Positions 1 to 6,552 of a stretch of 8,461 bases of DNA are shown here, one piece after another; position 1 is the first letter of the stretch; each line of letters opens with the position of its first letter. The stretch spans positions 1-8,461 of the forward strand of contig NW_021828433.1 in the NCBI RefSeq assembly GCF_006345805.1. Direction: 5' to 3'. The translations under genes and the position numbers were made by a program. This DNA is from Octopus sinensis (Eukaryota). The notes beneath the pieces were generated by a model. That model had not been told where the DNA came from, made no database searches, and saw nothing but the letters and a program-made list of their open reading frames with translations.

Positions 1-75
1 TATTCATCGCTGCCAAAGTAATTAACAGCATCATTGTAGAATCAGCACTTCCCGCCACCACCAAAAACCACGCCA
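1..75. repeat. Direct repeat copy A (truncated by window start); copy B at 599-674
   Basis: 1-75 matches 599-674 with no substitutions and three 1-nt homopolymer indels (G/GG, AAAAA/AAAA, C/CC); offset 598 bp. Confidence 0.95.
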
Positions 76-85
76 CTAAGAAAAT

Positions 86-247
86 GTACATAATTATCAA
101 CCCAAATTATGGTACATAATTTATCAACCCCAAAAGGATGAAAAGCAAAGTCGACCACGGCGGAACTTGAACTCAGAACGCAGCAACGGGGAACTGCAGC
201 AAAGCATTTCGCCCAGCGTGCTAACGGTTCTACCAGATCGCAGCCTT
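86..247 (-). mobile_element. 3'-truncated tRNA-derived SINE (Octopus-type)
   Basis: Minus strand reads AAGGCTGCGATCTGGTAGAACCGTTAGCACGCTGGGCGAAATGC...GAGTTCAAGTTCCGCCGTGGTCGACTTTGCTTTTCATCC. It has an A-box-like start and a B-box-like GAGTTCAAGTTCC (162-174), and is preceded on the minus strand by (ATT)n. Resemblance to an abundant octopus SINE is recalled, not searched. Confidence 0.75.
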
Positions 248-250
248 AGT

Positions 251-265
251 ATGATAATAATAATG

Positions 266-313
<48 letters not shown>

Positions 314-365
314 TAATAATAATAATGATGATAATAATAATAATAAAAATAATTAATAATATAAT
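251..365. repeat. (TAA)n microsatellite, imperfect
   Basis: Direct reading; gives the poly-Ile/Leu artefact in ORF 246..647. Confidence 0.97.
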
Positions 366-372
366 GCTATAG

Positions 373-560
373 GTACTATTACTACGACTACCAGCACCAC
401 ATCTACTACTACTACCACCACAACAACCACAGGTACTACTACTACTACTACTACTACTACTAATACTACTACTACTACTACTATTAATACTAATACTACT
501 ACTACTATTACTATTACTACTACTACTACTAGTACTACTACTTCTACTACTCCTACCATG
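373..560. repeat. (TAC)n microsatellite, imperfect
   Basis: Direct reading of TAC/TAT/CAC units. Confidence 0.93.
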
Positions 561-1060
561 ACCACCACCATCACCATAACTACCATCACTTCCACCATTA
601 TTCATCGCTGCCAAAGTAATTAACAGCATCATTGTAGGAATCAGCACTTCCCGCCACCACCAAAACCACCGCCAATACTAGAACTGTAGACAGAGTCTAA
701 GGCAATCACCACCGCTACCTTAAACACCATAATCACCAGCTTCAGTATTACAAGCACCAGCGCCACCACTGCAACCACCACCACCACCACTATTTCCACT
801 AACACCAGCACCCCAACAACCAACAGCAACCCTAACGCCAAAACGGCATTAAGGATAACAACAACAACAACAGCAAGCAATATGACATCATTGCCACCAT
901 TAACCTTTGCATCTCCTCCACCACTCCAACCACCACCACCACCATCACCACCACCACCACCACCACCACCACCACCAATATCAACAACAGCAACAACAAC
1001 AACAACACTAATGACGATGACATCTTGGTAAAATATCCGCAACAATAATAAAACCATGGT
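561..1060. repeat. Low-complexity (CCA)/(CAA)/(ACA) trinucleotide region; purest (CCA)n run at about 931-976
   Basis: Direct reading; source of the poly-Val/Gly ORFs on the minus strand. Confidence 0.9.
599..674. repeat. Direct repeat copy B (of 1-75)
   Basis: See copy A. Confidence 0.95.
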
Positions 1061-1086
1061 AACAACGAAGAAGAGGGGGGTAGAAT

Positions 1087-1130
1087 CCCCACCCAGTCCC
1101 CAGTCACCCAGTCACCCAGTCCCCCAGTCA
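1087..1130 (-). repeat. 7-8-bp minisatellite (CACCCAGT)x5; G-quadruplex motif on the minus strand
   Basis: Minus strand TGACTGGGGGACTGGGTGACTGGGTGACTGGGGACTGGGTGGGG has six runs of at least 3 G with 1-5 nt loops. Confidence 0.85.
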
Positions 1131-1318
1131 ACCACCGTAAAATCCGAAATACCCACCTTTACCTTCTTAACAACTTTTCTTCCAGCCTACTTAAACAACA
1201 TCTTCAAAACTTTCCGGAAGCCTTAAGGCTTTTTTCCTTGCAAATGTCTCTCTCGATCACCCCACCCTCTCTCTCTCACTCGCCCCTTTTGCTTCCTCTT
1301 TCCCACTGTCTTTAATAT

Positions 1319-1322
<4 letters not shown>

Positions 1323-1368
<46 letters not shown>
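1323..1368. repeat. (TC)23 microsatellite
   Basis: Perfect dinucleotide run. Confidence 0.98.
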
Positions 1369-1372
<4 letters not shown>

Positions 1373-1512
1373 TTAGCTAATAGAAAGCAGAAACCAGGCA
1401 TGTAACATGGATGAGTCAAATGTACGCCATCTTTATTGTTTGCTGTTTCAAATATGCTGGATGACGCTTTGGAATATTCGCTAATAAATAACTTCTTTTG
1501 ACTTTTTAACAG

Positions 1513-1656
1513 CTACGCCAGCCACACCAGCCACGCCAGCCGTGCCAGCAACGCCAGCCATACCAGACACGCCATCCTCGCCAGCCTCGCCAGACACTTC
1601 ATAAACGCCAGCCTTGCCAATCGTGCCAGCTCCTGCAGTCACGCTAGTCACGTCAG
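1513..1656. repeat. 9-bp minisatellite, about 16 degenerate units (consensus CCACGCCAG)
   Basis: Units stay in 9-bp phase: CTACGCCAG, CCACACCAG, CCACGCCAG, CCGTGCCAG, CAACGCCAG ... TCACGTCAG. Confidence 0.9.
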
Positions 1657-1798
1657 TAATGCTGTTCCCGCTCGTTTGTTACCATTCGGAGACATGAAAA
1701 TATATGCAAGTCTTAGGCGTTTCATAAAAAAGAAGTACTTTTCTAATTTTACAAGCGTTAAACTATATGTATGTATATACGTTCGTGTATGTATATAA

Positions 1799-1805
<7 letters not shown>

Positions 1806-1836
<31 letters not shown>
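1806..1836. repeat. (TG)n microsatellite
   Basis: Direct reading. Confidence 0.95.
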
Positions 1837-1922
1837 ATACAGGTAGGTCTATATATATAAGTTCCACCTGAAAACAACACTGATGGAAATTACGAGAGAA
1901 ATTCAGCAACAGTACTTCAGAA

Positions 1923-2036
1923 TAAAAATGTTTGCCAACATAACATGGCAGTCCTGGTTTAGGACGAATTACAGCTAAATTACAGCAACATTCGTCCTAA
2001 ACAAGGACTGCCATGTTACGTTGGCAAACATTTTTA
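1923..2036. repeat. Long inverted repeat / foldback (47-bp arms, 20-nt spacer), MITE-like
   Basis: 1923-1969 is the reverse complement of 1990-2036 at 45/47 positions (mismatches 1940/2019 and 1956/2003). Confidence 0.95.
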
Positions 2037-2041
2037 CTCCG

Positions 2042-2149
2042 ACACTGATGCAGATTGAGAAAAGGCTGCATCTAGCTCACAAAAAAGAAAAGCAATCAAG
2101 GAAGCCTGGGTTATAAAAGATAAAAAGCGAAATTCCAAATCTTTCTTTA

Positions 2150-2150
<1 letters not shown>
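2042..2150 (+). mobile_element. Possible CR1-group LINE ORF2 fragment (endonuclease-RT linker), frameshifted
   Basis: With one frameshift near 2090 it reads TLMQIEKRLHLAHKKE/AIKEAWVIKDKKRNSKSFFN, resembling the 'IE..L...H..E....E...I...K.N.K.FF' linker of CR1-group ORF2 proteins. Short, pattern-level match only. Confidence 0.4.
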
Positions 2151-2182
<32 letters not shown>

Positions 2183-2243
2183 CATATATATATACATATA
2201 TATACATATAAATATATATAATATATGTATATATATATATATG
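2151..2243. repeat. (TA)n microsatellite with TACA interruptions
   Basis: Direct reading. Confidence 0.97.
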
Positions 2244-2735
2244 TCAGATCTCGACTACTGGGGTCGACTAGAAAGTTGAAACTCTATTCACTCCAACGAT
2301 GCTGTGAACGCTACAATATCTGTATGATATGGAAAATATTCCATCAGCACTGTCCAAATGATGTTGGCATCACCTTCAAAATACACCCAAGACTTGGACC
2401 CCGTGCCATCCGTCCACAGCAAAAATCTAAATCGCATCTCATAACAACAATACGGCACAATTATTTCACCTCAATTGGACCCGCTCTCTTCAACATTACA
2501 CCAGGACACCTCAAAACAGAAACTGACCACACAAAATTCAAGAAGTATTTGGACAAATTCCTTCAAACAGTCCCGGATAAACCACCCACACCTGATATGT
2601 CTCCGCAAACAATAACTCTCTGCTCGAATGGGCCTCGGTGCCCAAATCCTGAATTGAAAAACTTCACCAGGTGGTACTATTAAGTTAGACATGGCCTGGG
2701 CCAATACTGGCCAAAACCTTGCTAAGTATTCTATG
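2244..2735 (+). mobile_element. 5'-truncated CR1-group (CR1/L2/Crack-like) LINE: ORF2 C-terminus plus 3' UTR
   Basis: Restoring one base near 2273 and one near 2594 gives SDLDYWGRLE-KLKLYSLQRCCERYNICMIWKI...FTSIGPALFNITP..LK....FKKYLDKFLQTVPDKP.TP-YVSANNNSLLEWASVPKS* (TGA 2650-2652). This carries the typical YW.RL..L.LYSLQRRRERY / GP.LFN.LP / FK..LDKFL..VPD.P / NSL motifs. A 3' stem-loop GGCCA-ATAC-TGGCC lies at 2699-2712, and the element ends in ATTCTATG (2728-2735). Confidence 0.88.
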
Positions 2736-2749
2736 TATATACATATATA

Positions 2750-2926
2750 GTTGAAATTTACAGAAAAGCAAAAGACCAAGACAGGTGTATGAACAACAAG
2801 CAGGTGTATTAGTTTGCCGCTCGGGAAAGTGAGAAAGGCCCTTGCGTTTCGAGCCTATGCTCTTCAACAGAAAGGAATAAGAGAAAGCAGAGAGAATAAA
2901 AAAAATGTGTGGATTTAGTGATCCAG
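2750..2926 (-). mobile_element. Interspersed repeat flanked by TA-rich microsatellites, possibly a Penelope-like terminal-repeat fragment
   Basis: Complex sequence bounded by TA/TACA repeats on both sides. The minus strand has a partial hammerhead-like core, CTGTTGAA-GAGC-ATAG-GCTC-GAAAC. Resemblance to a common octopus repeat is recalled only. Confidence 0.45.
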
Positions 2927-2974
2927 TATACATACATACATACACATACATATACATATATGTGTGTGTGTGTG

Positions 2975-3030
<56 letters not shown>
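2927..3030. repeat. Compound (TACA)/(TG)/(TA)n microsatellite
   Basis: Direct reading. Confidence 0.97.
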
Positions 3031-3031
<1 letters not shown>

Positions 3032-3239
3032 GAACAGAACACGTTTTCTTCACATATACAAGCAGATATCGTAAGCAAGTCTGGTTTAGAATATAAGCTT
3101 CTCTTTGAAATCTGAAGAATTTACTTGCGATGAGTTATCGATGGGGTTTCAAACGCATAATCCAGGATGGTCTCTATGTTTGTATATACGCAAGCATTCA
3201 TTCATAGATGTATGTAAACATGTATGTAAGAATGAATGA

Positions 3240-3718
3240 AAGTCATTATTCACTTTTATTTTGAGATTTCTTGCCAATAGAGAAAGAACCGTTTTCTAAC
3301 CTAGATCAAAGTCTCCTTCATTGGAATTTCAATATCAACAACAAGGTATTTTTGTTTGTATGTTTGTATGTATATGTGCAGATTTGCAGATTTTATGTAT
3401 GTTTTTCCGTATGTATTCTCATGCATATATTTGCATATCTAGACATGCTCATATGTATTTAAATGATAATCTTCAGGAAAGTTTTACAGATTTTCACAGT
3501 TCCATTGATGGATTGGATCTGTAGTCTTCGAATTAGCTTTCTCATTTCTGGTTTTGAGAAGCTTAATTTCTTAACATTGGTATTTAGGCAGTGTGTTACA
3601 TATCCCAGGTCCCCAATAATTACAGGTATAAACCTGAACTTGTAATCTGGATAGAGTAACTGCAGATTTATCAATAGTTCTCTTTTTCACTAATCTTCAG
3701 CTTTATGTTACCATTCGC
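3240..3718 (-). mobile_element. 5'-truncated non-LTR retrotransposon with restriction-like endonuclease (R4/Dong-like): ORF C-terminus plus 3' UTR
   Basis: Minus strand encodes ANGNIKLKISEKEN/(frameshift)/LINLQLLYPDYKFRFIPVIIGDLGYVTHCLNTNVKKLSFSKPEMRKLIRRLQIQSINGTVKICKTFLKIII* (stop 3459-3461). This matches the RLE C-terminal pattern 'NI..K..EK...L..L......IPV.IGALG.V...L...L........LQ.....GT..I'. AATAAA on the minus strand at 3255-3260. The clade assignment is less certain than the RLE call. Confidence 0.8.
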
Positions 3719-3752
3719 TGTATGTGTGCATGCATGTATGTATGTATGTATG

Positions 3753-3786
<34 letters not shown>

Positions 3787-4052
3787 TATATGTATGTATG
3801 TATGTATGTATGCATGCATGCATGTATGTATGTATGCATGTATGTATGTATGTATGTATGTATGCATGTATGCATGCATGCATGTATGTATGTATGTATG
3901 TATGTATGTATGTATATATGTATGTATGTATGTATGTATGCATGCATGCATGTATGTATGTATGTATGTATGTATGTATGTATGTATGCATGCATGCATG
4001 TATGTATGTATGTATGTATGTATGTATGTATGTATGTATGCATGTATGTATG
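3719..4052. repeat. (TATG)n tetranucleotide microsatellite with TGCA and TATA variant units
   Basis: Direct reading; generates six overlapping artefactual ORFs (MYVC/HTYI). Confidence 0.98.
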
Positions 4053-4400
4053 TGTATGTGTATATGCGAGGACGCGTGCCAACTAATACAAGACATATAC
4101 AGGAATGCATATATGCATGTTTGTACGTACGTAGGTATACCTGTACACGAGTGTGATGCATGTATTATGATGCATGTATGCGCACGTAAGTGTAATATAC
4201 GTTTGTACGACTGTGTGTGTATATGTATGCTTATACTTGCGTGTATCTGAAGTATGCTTCTGCGTGACTACGTCTCAGTACGTGCACATATGCATATTCA
4301 TGCCGACGCGTGCACGCATGCGTGCTTGCAAGGATACGTGCATGCATGCCTTTATGAATTCGAGCATGCGTGATAGTGTGAATGCCTGCGGGCGTGTATG
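4053..4400. repeat. Decayed alternating purine-pyrimidine tract
   Basis: TATG/TGCA/CGTG/TACG-rich; contains the 14-bp palindrome GCACGCATGCGTGC (4312-4325). Confidence 0.7.
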
Positions 4401-4790
4401 TTCCTGATTTTCAGTCATTTGCTATTAATTGCTATTAGCAACTCATTGAGATTAATAAGAAAGGGATAAAAACATAGAGACGTCTAAGAGAAAAAGAGGG
4501 AGTTTAGGAAAATAAATCGTATAAACACAAAGAGAAACTAACGGCCCGCACGTTAAAGGGACTACGAAGGCCATCATTTACGGTAGCTAACAAGGCACGA
4601 AATAACTGTCTTGAAGTCTTGTGCTTAGTCTTAAGAAAGCAGCAAAGCAGAAAAGAGACTCATCCAATAATTTAGATGTACATGAAGCAAATGATAGATT
4701 CTATGTGGTCGATTGGTGTGTCAGAAATAGCAGCTAAATATCTCTTGAATCCAATCCGTCAGTTTTAAAGATGAATGTTCCTTCGACGAT

Positions 4791-5191
4791 GTAACGTTTG
4801 TTGCGTCCCCAAAGTCCATTCCCTCCTCACTGTGGTGGCGACGCTGGCAACGGGTAATGTCAGAGCTATGCTGTCGGAAACTTCGGTTCCTGGTTGGGCT
4901 ACCCAAGGCGGATTGGTCTGACACCGAGTGGTATTAGGGCCACAACCCGGCAGACGGGGCTCTGGTGAAAATCCTCGGAATGTCTGTTTCGGCAACCGGC
5001 GGCTCCTCGGTCGTTCTGTCCCTGCGTCTGCGGACAATCTGCGGCAAACTAGATGTCTCTACACGCGGGATCGTTGGGGACCGCTTGTGAAATCCACATA
5101 TTCCCACGAAACTTCTTCCATGAGTAGAATAAGCCGACTCAACCCGCCCAGGGTGAATGTCGCCACAAGTACAAGTAAGTAACGTTTGTTG
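4791..5191 (+). mobile_element. 375-bp retroposed insert (4804-5178) with 13-bp target-site-duplication-like flanks; candidate non-autonomous RTE/Ingi-type element
   Basis: GTAACGTTTGTTG occurs exactly at 4791-4803 and 5179-5191. GC is 203/360 (56%) over 4801-5160 versus 30-38% in adjacent 60-bp blocks. The 3' end is a small stem-loop (5142-5154), then CGCCA and an (ACAAGT)2AA tail. Confidence 0.65.
4803..4918 (+). ncRNA. Candidate HDV-like self-cleaving ribozyme (degenerate)
   Basis: By-eye fold: P1 4805-4811/4836-4842 (6/7 bp), P2 4814-4821/4911-4918 (6/8), P3 4822-4824/4833-4835 (2/3) around loop CCUCACUG, P4 GGGUA/UACCC (4852-4856/4900-4904) containing a C(UUCG)G hairpin, and J4/2 with C4909. 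Not tested with a covariance model. Confidence 0.5.
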
Positions 5192-5249
5192 AATAGTAAA
5201 ACAGTCGAATCAAAATGGTGTCACATTTAAAACGGAATATATGCTAGCA

Positions 5250-5288
5250 TGTACGCATGCACACTCACACGCGTGCACACACACACAT

Positions 5289-5320
<32 letters not shown>
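5250..5320. repeat. (CA)n microsatellite with degenerate 5' part
   Basis: Direct reading. Confidence 0.95.
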
Positions 5321-5324
<4 letters not shown>

Positions 5325-5495
5325 CGGGCATAGCTGAGTGTTAAAATAGTTTTCATGGAGATCACAAGCTTTCAGATTCAGCCCCTCTGCGCGGTGGCGT
5401 CCTTATAAGATATCTTCTGCTTTAACCTCGAGCCGACTTATGATTCAGACTCCGTGAATGAATTTGGTAAAGGGACACGTATGTATGTATGTGAA
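5321..5495 (+). mobile_element. Degenerate tRNA/CORE-like SINE head, same family as the 7376-7540 head
   Basis: A-box-like TAGCTGAGTGT (5331-5341) and a degenerate B-box (5374-5384). 5413-5437 matches the reverse complement of 7428-7452 at 22/25. Confidence 0.7.
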
Positions 5496-5639
5496 AGGGC
5501 GGAGGAACACTTGAGAGTCAACGGCCATCCAATAAATGCGTAATTTTTTTTCCCCTTAAGGCTGTATCATGCGCGGGACATAGAAATAATCAGACTGAAT
5601 ACCCGATCGCGCAGTTAAAACATTGGGAGTGAAGGACTC

Positions 5640-5870
5640 CTAGCATTTGTTAGGGCATCCCCCTAGGAGAAGGGAACTCAGGAAACTGGGATAACTCCGA
5701 CATAAAACCTGCAGCTCAGTGGTTACCGATGATGTTGACTTGTTCTTTTCGGATTGAGGCTGCTGTTGCTTAGTGAGTGTGATTGACTCTGTGCACAGCC
5801 TTTCCTTACTTTAAAAATAATCTTCTTGCCCAGGCATTGCACGATAACAACATTAGTTTCGTGCAATGGC
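5640..5870 (+). mobile_element. Possible interspersed repeat resembling an RTE-clade 5' UTR
   Basis: TTAGGGCATCCCCCTAGGAGAAGGGAACTC...ACATAAAACC recalls RTE-type 5' UTR motifs (memory only). Ends in a 10-bp hairpin (5835-5868). Boundaries are uncertain. Confidence 0.3.
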
Positions 5871-6155
5871 CATACTCGATAACGAGGGAGCAGCTACCAT
5901 GTATGTATGTATGTAGCATTCCGTATATCATACCCAGCGCCGCAGATTTACTACACAGGGAGGTTGTTGTACGTTGCTCTGCAGTCACTTGGACACCTGA
6001 CGTGTGTTACACCATACACTTGTCCAGGCAATGTCGATCTAAAGTAGAGAATGCGCTAATGTACGGCACCAACATTTGATCGCTATACACAAATCTTTTG
6101 TGCAGGGTATTCGGCAAAAAGCCGAGCACTTATACGTCAACTTCGCCGTAAGAGC

Positions 6156-6172
6156 TATTATTATTAATATTA

Positions 6173-6231
<59 letters not shown>
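6156..6231. repeat. (ATT)n microsatellite
   Basis: Direct reading. Confidence 0.98.
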
Positions 6232-6232
6232 T

Positions 6233-6335
6233 ACTTATGAGTAGGTAGCGTTGTTAGTGGAGGTAATACTTAGCGACATACATTTCTTCCGGTTTTGTTG
6301 CTTTCTGAATCCAAATGCAGTCTTGGTGGAGCTGG
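6233..6335 (+). mobile_element. Old, highly diverged SINE head, probably the same family as 86-247
   Basis: Follows (ATT)n, as the 86-247 copy does. GTTGTTAG...AATACTTAG...TTCTGAATCCAAAT aligns loosely with CCGTTAG...AATGCTTTG...TTCTGAGTTCAAGT of that copy. Confidence 0.45.
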
Positions 6336-6384
6336 ACATCTTAATGCACAATGCTTTAGTCCACTCGCTTACCGAAAATGAACA

Positions 6385-6552
6385 GTACTTGTAATTTAAA
6401 AGGCCAGACATTTCCCATTCTGTGTCACGATCAATCCCCATTGAGAACTACATTAAGTCAACTCGCGCCTATGGAGTACTCAACCACTTGCGTGCTGGCT
6501 GTTCCATGGATCGAATCACCTGGATCGCTCGTCGTCGTACCCGACGAAGCAC
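6385..6552 (+). mobile_element. 3' half of another Octopus-type SINE, diverged
   Basis: CTGTGTCACG...GAGAACTACATTAAG...GGAGTACTCAACCACTTGC...GGCTGTTCCATGGATCG...CTCGTCGTCGTACCCGACG resembles a recalled abundant octopus SINE 3' region; not searched. Confidence 0.55.

Noticed and set aside
246-1131. Four ORFs rich in poly-Val, Ser, Gly, Leu and Ile on the minus strand
   Set aside because: They are translations of trinucleotide microsatellites in several frames, with no domain content.
1212-1231. 14-bp palindrome AAGCCTTAAGGCTT overlapping TTCCGGAA
   Set aside because: About 0.5 perfect 14-bp palindromes are expected by chance in 8.4 kb, and nothing else supports it.
1990-2036. Hammerhead-like layout in the first foldback arm (AAGGA-CTGCCA...TGGCA-AAC)
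   Set aside because: There is no CUGANGA or GAAA core and no stem I.
1877-2050. 9-bp direct repeat ACACTGATG (1877-1885, 2042-2050) as a Mutator-like TSD around the foldback
   Set aside because: The inverted arms are not symmetric to these repeats, and a 9-mer match is easily chance.
3671-4407. Overlapping MYVC/HTYI-repeat ORFs (likewise 2685-3115, 6766-7062, 7146-7418, 7732-7971, 8224-8448)
   Set aside because: They arise from (TATG)n, (TA)n, (CA)n or (GATA)n, which lack stops in most frames.
5171-5180. Strong splice donor CAA|GTAAGT
   Set aside because: It is formed by the (ACAAGT)n tail joining the TSD, and there is no convincing upstream exon.
4721-5210. Long minus-strand frame with a single stop, and other 60-90 aa ORFs across the GC-rich block
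   Set aside because: No recognisable domain is present. High GC lengthens ORFs, and the TSD-flanked insert explains the block better.
5497-5536. GC box (GGGCGGAGG) plus CCAAT as a promoter
   Set aside because: These are short motifs next to SINE remnants, with no downstream gene evidence.
6367-6418. Minus-strand first exon ATG...MGNVWPFKLQVLFIF-G|GTAAGC resembling a signal peptide
   Set aside because: It lies mostly antisense within a SINE remnant and no credible downstream exon was found. It would need spliced reads to revive.
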